Below, piece by piece: positions 27,416 to 38,215 of a stretch of DNA of 64,000 bases. The position numbers were made by a program, and so were the translations under genes. The DNA is from a virus: IMG/VR virus record IMGVR_UViG_3300037346_000668, positions 18,936-82,935 of that record. One strand, 5' to 3'. Every line of letters starts with the position of its first letter. Within the stretch, counting starts at the first letter, position 1. The notes beneath the pieces are model-generated. The model worked only from the letters and a program-made list of their open reading frames with translations. It made no database searches and was not told the DNA's origin.

Positions 27416-28943
27416 AAACTACAAAAGATCCTCCAGATCCTCCCGCATTTGTATATGCCTTATAATAAACTGTGGTGTTTCCACCAGTTACTCCTTTTGT
27501 TATGGTAAAATCAACAGCAACAGCGGGAGATGGGAGGGTTGCCTTCAGAGATACGCCTGAGGTTGTTCCTACCCCTATGTATTTAAAGAGACTTTTAGAC
27601 TCTGTTGGTAGATCGGGGCTGCAATATACACTTATGTCTATGGATTGACCTGGCTCAATTGAACCTGGGCCCCACCAAGAATACAGGGGATCATCATAGA
27701 GGCCAATTCCTATAAAATTTCCAGGACCTGGCTCGATCGGTGTTACTATTACTGTATTACCATTCCTAATAACGGTAGATTGTATTGGTGCTCCGTTTCT
27801 TGATATAAAATACCAATTTCCAGACATTGCATTAACTAATGGTGACTGGTAACTCTGGTACGTTACGCCAGATCTTGTTTTTTTGGTTCTTATCTTACCC
27901 TTTGTATTTATATAAAATTCTTTGCTACCTAATGTTTCTAGCGAAACGTTATAAACTGAATTTGATAATGTATTAAATGTATCAGCGGTTCTTTCCGTTC
28001 TTAATCCAGCAGTTCCCCCTATTTTCAATGAGATCGACGGAACAGTTCCTGAAGGGCTACCGTTTAATCCGACATTACTCTTAAATGTTGCATGCCCACC
28101 AGTAATACTTAAATTATCACTAAGTATCGAAAAAGTTCCTGACGGTGAACTTGTAGCTATCTGTATACCGCCGGTAGCTGATATTCCAGATCCTGCGGTT
28201 ACACCATAATTTATATCAACAATATTACCACCTGATGCTTCAAAAGATTGTGAATTTGAATTAAATCCACCAGATGCACCTATCAATAGTGATCCGTCGG
28301 GAATATCAAACTTCAAGGTATTATCAGTAGGCAGACTACTTGCCCATGTTATTATAGGATGTTTAGCATAATCAACGCCAATATTAAGATCACTCTTCAT
28401 AAATTCCAATATCGGTGCCGGATTACCTGAGGTATCTGTTGAGATGAGGAATTTTGCTAATTTTTCATTTATTATCCCAGATTGTGGTGATTTGTCAGAT
28501 ATTATGAATGTATAATTTTCTGGTGAAATCTGATTAAATCTAACGGATACACCGGTCCCCCCATTTGTAAAATTTGATTCAATATCAGAAAAAAGACTCC
28601 CCGATGCAGATAGATTATATCCGGTGTCTGTCCACCCGGAAGGGCCAAATATATTTATTGTACCATCATTGCTATCAACCCAATAATCACCATATATTAC
28701 AGAATCACCAGATCCAGAAGGTAACACTGTCTGTATAAACCATCTGGTTCCTCTCTGACCCTGGTTACCAGTCGGACCTATTTGTCCATTAGCCCCTATC
28801 GGACCTCTATCACCGCTAGGACCAGTTTCACCTATCGATCCACCGTGATATTCAACAACCTCGTCAAAATTATGATTTAGCTTATCAATGGAAAGATCCT
28901 GACCATCGCTGTAATTTATAAATTCTATATTAGTTATTGGCAT
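27414..28943 (-). CDS. Tail fibre-like protein, paralog 1
   Basis: SDGQDLSIDKLNHNF, then collagen triplets and RGTRWF...GDYWVD. Confidence 0.7.
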   Translation of the reverse strand: MPITNIEFINYSDGQDLSIDKLNHNFDEVVEYHGGSIGETGPSGDRGPIGANGQIGPTGNQGQRGTRWFIQTVLPSGSGDSVIYGDYWVDSNDGTINIFGPSGWTDTGYNLSASGSLFSDIESNFTNGGTGVSVRFNQISPENYTFIISDKSPQSGIINEKLAKFLISTDTSGNPAPILEFMKSDLNIGVDYAKHPIITWASSLPTDNTLKFDIPDGSLLIGASGGFNSNSQSFEASGGNIVDINYGVTAGSGISATGGIQIATSSPSGTFSILSDNLSITGGHATFKSNVGLNGSPSGTVPSISLKIGGTAGLRTERTADTFNTLSNSVYNVSLETLGSKEFYINTKGKIRTKKTRSGVTYQSYQSPLVNAMSGNWYFISRNGAPIQSTVIRNGNTVIVTPIEPGPGNFIGIGLYDDPLYSWWGPGSIEPGQSIDISVYCSPDLPTESKSLFKYIGVGTTSGVSLKATLPSPAVAVDFTITKGVTGGNTTVYYKAYTNAGGSGGSFVV

Positions 28944-28945
28944 AA

Positions 28946-31900
28946 TTATATTTTAGTTATTCCTAAATTGAACAATAATGAATACTCGTAATTATTATCG
29001 AGATTATATTCAAATGTATATATTAGATTAGTTACTTTTGTTAATTTAAAGTCGGATTCATTATAATAACCAAGCTGATATTTATCGGAAGTAACTAAGT
29101 CACCTCTAACAAGTATATAGTTATTACTAGAATTTAGATTCGGTACAGCAGTTTTTTTGACATATAAATCAGTAATATCACCCATATAAAGGGGTGCTAC
29201 GTTATTTTTAACATATTCGGAAACATCATCCTCTATAGAATCTGGGTTACCAACGCCAAATTCAGTTATTATATTATCAATAAAAACCTGTTTTATACCA
29301 TCATTAAGGAGATATCTACTAAGCATTCTATCAAGTCTTATTATACCTCTAACCTTATTCACATCGGAAAAATATTGCCATACTAATTCAAGATTAGGAA
29401 ATAGGCCAAGATCCAATTTATCATAATCAACCCCCGAATTATATGGTTCAGATCTTCCTATTCCTGTACCAGAATTTGCGGTATCTATATTCTGTATAGG
29501 TTTAACGAATGAATTTATCTGTGAATTTATAACAGAAACATCTGATGTTCCATAAGTGGTATTACCCCTGATTACCTGCATAGTTATATAATTATCAAAT
29601 TCAAGAGGATCCGGGGTTTTCATAATTTTAGAACCTAGAAATCCCCTGTATTCTTTCATAGATCTGGTTCCTGCAACCTTATCATAGACAAGGGGACCAG
29701 TGAATCTATAATAATAACCAGGATCCCAAGAGGAGGAAAATACATTAAAGTCCTTTCTCCATATGGGTGACTGTCCAACGAGAGGATAAACAGGACCCTC
29801 TGGTAAATCATGACTTAATGAAAGTATATTTTTATCCGGTGAAACCTTAGTGAATGATAAATTCCTTGATATTCCAAAATATCTTTTATCCGGTGAAAAG
29901 TTACAATTTCTAAACGATAAATCAAATAAAGGGTATTGAGATATGGAATCATTTTTATCCCTATCGAAATGTAATATTTTTCTAAATATCGGTTCATATC
30001 CTCCCGAATATCTAAGAAGTGTGGAAGGTAGATTCAAATCACTATCTATAGTATAAGCAGTAGGTACCGATTCACCCAAAGTTTGTGGACCTCCATAATA
30101 CTTATCAGATTTAGATCCTCTAGATTTTACTATTCTGGAAGGTCTATCCATATGTAGTTCAAAATCATTAACAATCACATCAGAATCCTTATACGTTTCA
30201 TATATAATATACTTTGAACCAACATTAACTCTATCAGAAATACCGGATAGAGATATTCTCTGTAAAATTGAGCTATAATAACTAAATCCTCCGGATTTTT
30301 GGAAAACTGGTTTATTTCTATAAACTGATTGAGGCCCAGCAGGTACAACGACAGGATTAGCTGTAGAAAAGGGTATAGAGAAACTATATTCAGGTCTAGG
30401 TGAAAGATCGACTATCGTTCCAGATGGAACTATTTTAGCAAAATCTAAATAGTCGGGACCAACCCCTATAGGCCAAGGATATGTTACCAACGAAGAAAAC
30501 TGGTTAATATAAAAACTTCCCGGACCTGTTGCAGAAGGTCCAGATGTTGCACCGCTTGAATTCTGACTAAAAAACGTATGTACTTCCTCTCTAAGATCGG
30601 TGTCGTATAATGAGCTAGATATTATTCCGATTTTTCCTCCCGTATTTGTATTAACAACAGACCCAGATCCAACAGAAATATCTAATGCTGCACTTAATTT
30701 AATATCAGATATCTCATAAAGAAATGATTCGTCTACTAAAGGATATCTTAATTTCTCCTTGCTATTAACTGAATATAATAGTGTATAATCCAATATAGGA
30801 TCTCCGCCGGTTCCTCCTGTATATCCAACACCCAATGATTTATAATCTCTCATCACGACATCACAAACAAATAATATGAATCTTTGATTCTGATTTTCTA
30901 TTATTCTATATTTAACTGGCTCCTGTATATAGGAATCGTCCTCCGCAACAGGTCTTAATATTGCAGCAAATTTATAATCCTCATAATTTCTATATTTAGG
31001 TATATACTTATCTAGTGAATTTTCGACACTATTTGAGAGATTTGATCTTTTTTTAAGTACAACCTTAGCACCTCTAAAAAGAGTCTCGTAGAAGCCACTA
31101 GATTTGTTATACGTAAAAGTAGTAAACAATTCTTTAGTATATGCACTATCATCCCTAAATTCAGGACTATAATCAGATGGTTCGACAGTAAAATATGATG
31201 CAAGGTAATTCCCACTCGTATCTATAGCAGAAGATAAATTTATTTTCCCAGAGAGGTAACTATTTTGATCCTTCATCGAGTCAATAGGGAAATCCCTAGG
31301 TGGTTGTTCCAGAAGAAACCATTCATGGGTAAGATATCTTGAATCCGAGCTATTTTTATCAAAGCTAGGAGAAAAATTAGTTGGTGTGAATGCAGGACTT
31401 GAATTTAATCTATATTGATTTCCTCTTGCATCGGTACCGTCAGTGTATCCCCATTTATTTATAAATGGTACAATTCTAGAAACATTTGCAACATCAGCAT
31501 TATAATTCTCATTTAGGTATTCATATTCAGTTGACAGCTTGCCTCTATTAAATATTTCTATTTTGGATGCATTAGCGGAAACTGGATTAGGAGATAAATC
31601 CTGGATCCCTATAAATCCATTAAATGTATCCAAATCGTTATTATATCCTATCTGAAATTGGGAGGGACCTGTAGTTCCACCGTATATAACATTAGGAAGC
31701 ATACTATAATAAATATCAGAATATTCAGCAGGCATAACTACAAGCTCCTTAAAAAGATCCGGGCTTGCGTTTTTTATAGATGTTGATCCGCTAACGCCAT
31801 AAAAAAGATTTGATGTTATTGCAATAGATGCTGAGACCTGTGGATATACAACGCCGTTATATTCAGCCTGTCCCTGCTTAACTATATATGGCACATTCTC

Positions 31901-34504
31901 ATGTATCACCCCAGTTACATCGGTTGGTATCTGAAAATATTTATATGTTTCTGGTGTCGGTGTATATGCATAATCGGAGCTCCAAAAATCAAAATCAAAT
32001 TCTTTAACATCAAAGAAACTAAAAACCCCAATTGACATTTTCGCTGACTTATATACATTAAACGATCTATCATATCCTAAATCAATAACTATATTATCGT
32101 CTATATTTAGAACCGCACTATATGTAAAATTTTCAAATCCTGTAATTTTTGAACTTATTGGATCTATCTGTGGACTGTCCACATATTTTGTTAATGAATT
32201 TATCTTAGTATACCCAGACTTAGTATTTATAAAATCACCAGGCTTTATAAAATCAAGATATTCTACAGGAAAAATTAATCTACTATCAGCTTTTTTTGTA
32301 CCGCCTATAAATTTGGCAGGTCCATCAAGAGATGATGCATCAGTACCATTAATTTTCAGATATCCATCATTAACAAATGTAGCATATATCACCCAATTTG
32401 TAGATGATGTAGCATCATTGGGTGGATAATATGAAGGGGAAGACGTATTAATAGCAGAATAATATATTCCCATATACATAACGACATCGGAAGTATTATA
32501 TGTCTTGCTATTTGACCATTCGCCTCTAAATTTAGATACAAAGTATTCATAGTCATCAAATACACCAATCGAATATACATTATTTCCATATTCGCCATAA
32601 TTCCTAAGTCTTATTATAGTAGAATTCAGATTTACACCAGCATCCCATGTTACCGTATCAACTTCACCAAGTACACCAGAAAAAGCTGTAGCAATGTCAC
32701 TATTCTGCCCAGCAGCAGCATTAAAATAAAAGGAAGACCCAGTTGAATAATACGAACCGTTAATCCAAACTAGCACAGCAGAGAGATCAGCAGAAGATAT
32801 TATATCATATTTCTTTGTCCCCTCACTATTATTACCATTTGGCCAGTAAAGTTTAAATACTAGCGGTTTAGGTTTATCGTAATTTTTAAGAAACTCTATC
32901 TCAACATATGCTCTACCAGGAGTAGTTGCACGGGTTGCAGGAACTGTTGATATCTTTTCAGTTATACCTGTAAAATTAAGAAGATCAACTTTTGTATCAT
33001 GAAGTACAAGACTACCCTTAGCCGATACGAAATTGGATCCAGTTGTTCCAAACGCTCCTGATGTTTCATCGTATGGCCCATATGTATATTTTGGCGAGTT
33101 ACCGCCAAATTCAGTGTATCCTTCATCTCTTTTAAGACTATAGAAATTGTCATTCTTGTCAGTTATATAATAAAGCTTTTCCGAATCTAATATATTGACA
33201 TTATCAGATCCCGGTAACAATCCAGGGCTAGCTCCATCTGCAATATTCTTCTCATAAAATAATCTAACACCAGAATCAGCTGTTATACCATAGCTATCAT
33301 TACTATAATAATATCCAACTGAATCTCTAGTAGGTTTAGGCAGATTTTCATTTCCATCAAGATCCCTAAATTTATAATAAAATTCACCATTAGATCTAAA
33401 TTCGTTTATATCATTTCTGGAAACATACATACCGAAATATCTGTTTATTGAATACATTTCAGCATCCTCATCATCAAAAAGAAATTCAAGATTCAATATA
33501 TTAGGAGGAATTATACCATTTCTTGAGAATCCACCAGTCATATAGGATTCGAAGTCCAACATTCTATCAGATGCATCACTAGAAAAATAGCCTGAAAGTA
33601 TTTCCCCCTTTTTGGTGTATATTCCTTCAGCTACAGAAACCCCGTTATAATATGTGTATGAATCCGGACCCCAATTTACATCAACCGGTGAATTTGTAAA
33701 GTTTTTATCAGCTACTATATTTCTTATGTATTTACCAATTTTAGATTTCTCAGTAAGGTTAAAGGTTTTTACTACTGAGCAATTAGGTAATATTTTATTT
33801 TTGAATGTTGTCGAAACGTCATCAACTAAATCTATGTTATATAGCTCATCAAATACGCAAACTATACCAGATCCACTAATAATATCATATGATGAATATT
33901 CACTGCTTCCAATAAATACAGATCCGGAATTTATAAATATAGGCTCGCCAGATCCGGTTTTTCCGTAGGATATTATAAAATCGGAATCGCTATCATAATA
34001 CTTAACAATCTTATAGTTTACACCAGGGTTTATAATTGTTTCGTTTTTTGAATATACATAACTAAGAGGTCCGGGAACTCTGAATATAACAAAATAGTCA
34101 GGTATCTCATTTTTTATCCATAGCGGTGCAAAATAACTGAAAGATTCGCTATAATTTTTATCAACCAAAGCCGATGCTCCGCTTCCATAGAAAAAATCAT
34201 ACTGATCGGAAAATATTCTGGATACTTCCCTATCACCTCTAGTAAATCTTACAGTATCAAATATTATATTACTTGCTAATTTACCCTTATCGAAAAAATT
34301 AAATACGTCAAGTGCAAATGAATTCTCACCAGTTATATTAAAATTTTTAAATCTGTCGTTACTAAGAGTTTGATTAGCATCCATAGAATTAAAAGAAACC
34401 TTACTTTCCGAATCCACGGTTATCCTCAGATTTCCAGTTATTTTAGGATTTGTTCTTATAACAGAAAAGGAAGAATTATAATCAAAAAGTTTTGATTGAG
34501 ACAT
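28946..34504 (-). CDS. Very large putative tail/baseplate structural protein (1852 aa)
   Basis: Intact ORF in the structural operon; contains a short carbohydrate-binding-like insert (WSNSKTYNTSDVVMYMGIYYSA...NW). Confidence 0.65.
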   Translation of the reverse strand: MSQSKLFDYNSSFSVIRTNPKITGNLRITVDSESKVSFNSMDANQTLSNDRFKNFNITGENSFALDVFNFFDKGKLASNIIFDTVRFTRGDREVSRIFSDQYDFFYGSGASALVDKNYSESFSYFAPLWIKNEIPDYFVIFRVPGPLSYVYSKNETIINPGVNYKIVKYYDSDSDFIISYGKTGSGEPIFINSGSVFIGSSEYSSYDIISGSGIVCVFDELYNIDLVDDVSTTFKNKILPNCSVVKTFNLTEKSKIGKYIRNIVADKNFTNSPVDVNWGPDSYTYYNGVSVAEGIYTKKGEILSGYFSSDASDRMLDFESYMTGGFSRNGIIPPNILNLEFLFDDEDAEMYSINRYFGMYVSRNDINEFRSNGEFYYKFRDLDGNENLPKPTRDSVGYYYSNDSYGITADSGVRLFYEKNIADGASPGLLPGSDNVNILDSEKLYYITDKNDNFYSLKRDEGYTEFGGNSPKYTYGPYDETSGAFGTTGSNFVSAKGSLVLHDTKVDLLNFTGITEKISTVPATRATTPGRAYVEIEFLKNYDKPKPLVFKLYWPNGNNSEGTKKYDIISSADLSAVLVWINGSYYSTGSSFYFNAAAGQNSDIATAFSGVLGEVDTVTWDAGVNLNSTIIRLRNYGEYGNNVYSIGVFDDYEYFVSKFRGEWSNSKTYNTSDVVMYMGIYYSAINTSSPSYYPPNDATSSTNWVIYATFVNDGYLKINGTDASSLDGPAKFIGGTKKADSRLIFPVEYLDFIKPGDFINTKSGYTKINSLTKYVDSPQIDPISSKITGFENFTYSAVLNIDDNIVIDLGYDRSFNVYKSAKMSIGVFSFFDVKEFDFDFWSSDYAYTPTPETYKYFQIPTDVTGVIHENVPYIVKQGQAEYNGVVYPQVSASIAITSNLFYGVSGSTSIKNASPDLFKELVVMPAEYSDIYYSMLPNVIYGGTTGPSQFQIGYNNDLDTFNGFIGIQDLSPNPVSANASKIEIFNRGKLSTEYEYLNENYNADVANVSRIVPFINKWGYTDGTDARGNQYRLNSSPAFTPTNFSPSFDKNSSDSRYLTHEWFLLEQPPRDFPIDSMKDQNSYLSGKINLSSAIDTSGNYLASYFTVEPSDYSPEFRDDSAYTKELFTTFTYNKSSGFYETLFRGAKVVLKKRSNLSNSVENSLDKYIPKYRNYEDYKFAAILRPVAEDDSYIQEPVKYRIIENQNQRFILFVCDVVMRDYKSLGVGYTGGTGGDPILDYTLLYSVNSKEKLRYPLVDESFLYEISDIKLSAALDISVGSGSVVNTNTGGKIGIISSSLYDTDLREEVHTFFSQNSSGATSGPSATGPGSFYINQFSSLVTYPWPIGVGPDYLDFAKIVPSGTIVDLSPRPEYSFSIPFSTANPVVVPAGPQSVYRNKPVFQKSGGFSYYSSILQRISLSGISDRVNVGSKYIIYETYKDSDVIVNDFELHMDRPSRIVKSRGSKSDKYYGGPQTLGESVPTAYTIDSDLNLPSTLLRYSGGYEPIFRKILHFDRDKNDSISQYPLFDLSFRNCNFSPDKRYFGISRNLSFTKVSPDKNILSLSHDLPEGPVYPLVGQSPIWRKDFNVFSSSWDPGYYYRFTGPLVYDKVAGTRSMKEYRGFLGSKIMKTPDPLEFDNYITMQVIRGNTTYGTSDVSVINSQINSFVKPIQNIDTANSGTGIGRSEPYNSGVDYDKLDLGLFPNLELVWQYFSDVNKVRGIIRLDRMLSRYLLNDGIKQVFIDNIITEFGVGNPDSIEDDVSEYVKNNVAPLYMGDITDLYVKKTAVPNLNSSNNYILVRGDLVTSDKYQLGYYNESDFKLTKVTNLIYTFEYNLDNNYEYSLLFNLGITKI

Positions 34505-34524
34505 ATGCCATTTATTATTTATTA

Positions 34525-37500
34525 TTAATTGGTACTAAGACCGCTATCGAAATTAGGAGCTACTAGAGTGTCATTTTTATAAGATCCTGTAACCTGTATA
34601 TCAAATGAGAATGTATCCTCATTTTGTACCTGTATATCAACACCGATTTTTTTAGTGTATGTTATATTTGATAAATTTCCGGATTTTCTCCACCCCCCAA
34701 TATATCCAAGTTTATCTACTGCTCTAAATTGAAATATTATAGGAACATTTATAGCGTTAGTTTCTCCAGTTCCCAGTGATAATGTTGATAGTGCTGTTGA
34801 TCCCGATACTTGTAGGGATGAGGCTGATTGTGGTGCAAGATATAAATATGCTCCACATGAATACTTGCCTATAAGAAATTGATCATTAACGGTAAATCCT
34901 AATTTATCAGAATACATCATATCAGTTCTAGCGTCGGTTGAGGTCTGAGCAAAATTAACAGGTTCCCTATATGATTGTTGAACCCAATAATAATTCAGTG
35001 TTGTATCTCCCCAGAAAGTTTGGGTGTGTCTGAATGGAGGATAAACCTTACCGCCAGAAACGAAAGGTTTAACCATTTTAGAATAGCCAATATAACCGAA
35101 AGTATTACCGATATTAATCAGATATGGATGGTCTTTATGTATACAGAATTCAGTTATATACCCACCACCATTAGGTGCTCCTCCAGTACCAGATGAATAT
35201 GTCCCGTCCCAGATTGCACTATTTACCGGTCCAGATTCTGGAGGTGGTTGATTAGAGGTTGGGTCATACGGTATCATACAAGATCCACTCTGTGGATAAG
35301 TTGCTGCCGGTGTACTTTTAGTAACACCAAAATTTGTTGCAGAAACACCGCTGTATGAATCGTTCTGTCCTGGATTTGAAAATAATGTTGCTATATTAGG
35401 ATCACTCTGATATAGCGGCTGGTCGTAACCAACTGTTTTATATCTAGGATATACATACTGGGAAAATGCATTGGCGGAAGCAAATGGAGGAGCTTGTCTG
35501 AAAGATTTGTTGTTTACTATTGAAGGATCCGCTAATGTTAATGCAGTTATTGAGATTGGACAATCACCATATTTAAGATTATCGTTATATCCAACAGGAT
35601 AAGCTGCGCTTGTAGTTGAAGGAGCTCTCTGTGCTAGTCCACCAGGTATAATTGAAGCAAGTTCAACGCTGGATGCCTGTTGATTAAAAAGCTGCAAATT
35701 ATAGGTGAATGAAGCAGTTTTACCTGCATCAAACCCAAGCGAATCTGAAAATATATCGGCATAGAATCCAGCAGTTATTTTAACAGTTGATCCCTTAGAA
35801 ACTTTAATTTTATTATTATTGGAATCAAGTATATAAACCTCCAAAACCCCCTTGGCTTTAGATATCTGAGATGTTAGAAGTGTTATTTGATTCTGTAGAT
35901 CTGTTATCTTATCAAATAGACTTATTACCGTACCTGCACTAGTAAAAAACCCACTGGCTATACCAGTAGTATCATGATAATATGTGTTATCTCCAGCAGT
36001 AAACTGCTGCGAAAGATGCGAAGGTAAACCTTGTGAATCAAGACTTCTTTGCATTTTAACTACTGCAGCGTCCTGTGTATTTGCATTAAGTGTAGCTGCA
36101 ACGCCAGTAACGCTTAGACTATCTGGGAATTGTATGATAACGGACTCCGAATAATCAGAGACAAGTGGATTTTCTGGCCAACCAGCCTCGGATATGGATG
36201 ATATTTGAATTTCAACCCTTTCACCCTTTGTTATTGCTATGTCTAACTGATTGACGTTCTGAATATTAGCATCCGATGTTACTTCAGCAGACCAAACGTA
36301 TATTCCTCTTGTTTCATCATATACTTTTTTTCTAATGTCAGTTTTAAACTCAGTCCAGTTTGAGAATGCAGCATTCTTTTTTGCACCGTCATTATCAACA
36401 AATTCTATCTGTTCAGCTGGCTGAGATGCTCCGCCATTACTAAGATATCTATATTTAATATTGAATTGTATAACCTCCTGTGGTCCCGTTGTTTGATCTA
36501 CCTTAGGAGCAGGGAATGGCCAAAAACCTCTAACCCTATATTTTGGTGCTTCTATTATCTGCGGAACGTCCTTTACAAGGACATTAACCTCATCAACGAG
36601 AGAAGCATACAATTGTGATTTTTTTGTTCTTTCGTCAATTAGACTGTTTAGATTAGCTTTTATGGAAGAAACATCAACGCCAGGTGGTGTTGTTATATTG
36701 CTATTATTTATAATATAATCAAAATTTCTATTAGGTACATTTATACCATTATCCGACGAATTACCATAATCACTGGAAGATTCTAATCTAGGTCTTTTTC
36801 TGTTACCGGTAACACGTCTGGATAGACCAGCATTAAGTTCAAGTCTAGTTTCTGCTATGGCCTGATCTAATGCATCAATTTCGCTTTTTAGAGTGGTTTT
36901 AAGGTTCAATTTATCCTCAACCACTTTAACCGATGTTGAATCAGTAACCTGTTTGTTTATCTGAACGACCTTGAAGCTATTAGCAGTAACAAGCGGAGCA
37001 TCCGGACTGAGTCCTTGTATTGCTGGTATTTTATTTTCCTTAGCAGTACCAAGAAAAACCTTACCTAGATCAGAAACTTCGTTTAAATAATAGGTTTCAA
37101 GAGTTACTAATTCACCATTTGAATTTTTAGTTTTTAGCTCATTACTCCAGAATACAATTCCAGTTGACCAATCAGCGCTAACTATATTAAAATTATCGTC
37201 TATAGTTTTGAAAAATATACCTTGTCTCTCATTATAACCAACATTAACCTGAACATATCTAGGACCAAAATCAGTAGATGATATCGATATACTATTTGCT
37301 CCAATCTGTATTGGCTGATAACCAGAAACTCTTTTAGCCTGTATAGAAGCCTGATCTTTATTAACAGAGGTTATCTGATATAAACTACCATCTTGTGTTG
37401 CTATCTTATCATTAAGATCTAATGTTCTACCATTCTTAATATTGGTTAATGTGTCTGTATATGCTAACTTATCAAGTTTATAATTTCTTCTAGTCTCCTG

Positions 37501-38202
37501 GAAAGAGTTACCGTTTTGATCGGTCGTTGTAACAGAATCATCATAATAGCTTATAACACCAAAATTACCAATATATCTTATACTTCTCAGAGGCAGTTGA
37601 ACTATATCCTCATCAACAAAATATCCTATACCATTATCGCCTAATATTTTTAAATATTGGTTATATGTTAGGTCATTTCTTCCCTTTATATTTGCGTCGA
37701 AATATGCTTTCTGATCATCAGTCTGAGTATTTGCTATTACTCTTTTAACTACAATTCTATCAGCAGAATCAGATATTTGGCCAGTTACATTTATGTTTAT
37801 ATAAAGCAGTGGACTTAGAAAACTTTCAAAGAACCAATTATCCTTAACTGAAAACGTGCTAGGTATTGCAAGATTAGACAAGCTAGGTGGATTTTTCAAG
37901 GTCTCAACTTTAAAAACCTGAGAATAAGTACCATCTGGATTTCTGACCGTCGATGATGAATCACCTATACCTGCAAGTGATTTTATATTGGTGTCAAGTC
38001 TATCTATTTCGCCTCTAAGAAACCCATATGATGGTATATTTGCGATTTTTGGTAATCCCTGCTCGTCAAGTACTTCTATTGATACAGTATTATTTGTAGA
38101 TACAGCAACCTGATTTAAGCCATTGATGATCTCGAGTGAATTCTTTTGGAGTCTTAAAAACTGAGCTACTAAAGAACTTATTGTATTTTGTGTTCCTGCC
38201 AT
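34525..38202 (-). CDS. Large putative structural protein with coiled-coil segments (1225 aa)
   Basis: Intact ORF; heptad segments LKSEIDALDQAI and LFDKITDLQNQI. Confidence 0.65.
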   Translation of the reverse strand: MAGTQNTISSLVAQFLRLQKNSLEIINGLNQVAVSTNNTVSIEVLDEQGLPKIANIPSYGFLRGEIDRLDTNIKSLAGIGDSSSTVRNPDGTYSQVFKVETLKNPPSLSNLAIPSTFSVKDNWFFESFLSPLLYININVTGQISDSADRIVVKRVIANTQTDDQKAYFDANIKGRNDLTYNQYLKILGDNGIGYFVDEDIVQLPLRSIRYIGNFGVISYYDDSVTTTDQNGNSFQETRRNYKLDKLAYTDTLTNIKNGRTLDLNDKIATQDGSLYQITSVNKDQASIQAKRVSGYQPIQIGANSISISSTDFGPRYVQVNVGYNERQGIFFKTIDDNFNIVSADWSTGIVFWSNELKTKNSNGELVTLETYYLNEVSDLGKVFLGTAKENKIPAIQGLSPDAPLVTANSFKVVQINKQVTDSTSVKVVEDKLNLKTTLKSEIDALDQAIAETRLELNAGLSRRVTGNRKRPRLESSSDYGNSSDNGINVPNRNFDYIINNSNITTPPGVDVSSIKANLNSLIDERTKKSQLYASLVDEVNVLVKDVPQIIEAPKYRVRGFWPFPAPKVDQTTGPQEVIQFNIKYRYLSNGGASQPAEQIEFVDNDGAKKNAAFSNWTEFKTDIRKKVYDETRGIYVWSAEVTSDANIQNVNQLDIAITKGERVEIQISSISEAGWPENPLVSDYSESVIIQFPDSLSVTGVAATLNANTQDAAVVKMQRSLDSQGLPSHLSQQFTAGDNTYYHDTTGIASGFFTSAGTVISLFDKITDLQNQITLLTSQISKAKGVLEVYILDSNNNKIKVSKGSTVKITAGFYADIFSDSLGFDAGKTASFTYNLQLFNQQASSVELASIIPGGLAQRAPSTTSAAYPVGYNDNLKYGDCPISITALTLADPSIVNNKSFRQAPPFASANAFSQYVYPRYKTVGYDQPLYQSDPNIATLFSNPGQNDSYSGVSATNFGVTKSTPAATYPQSGSCMIPYDPTSNQPPPESGPVNSAIWDGTYSSGTGGAPNGGGYITEFCIHKDHPYLINIGNTFGYIGYSKMVKPFVSGGKVYPPFRHTQTFWGDTTLNYYWVQQSYREPVNFAQTSTDARTDMMYSDKLGFTVNDQFLIGKYSCGAYLYLAPQSASSLQVSGSTALSTLSLGTGETNAINVPIIFQFRAVDKLGYIGGWRKSGNLSNITYTKKIGVDIQVQNEDTFSFDIQVTGSYKNDTLVAPNFDSGLSTN

Positions 38203-38215
38203 TTTTGGTTATTTT

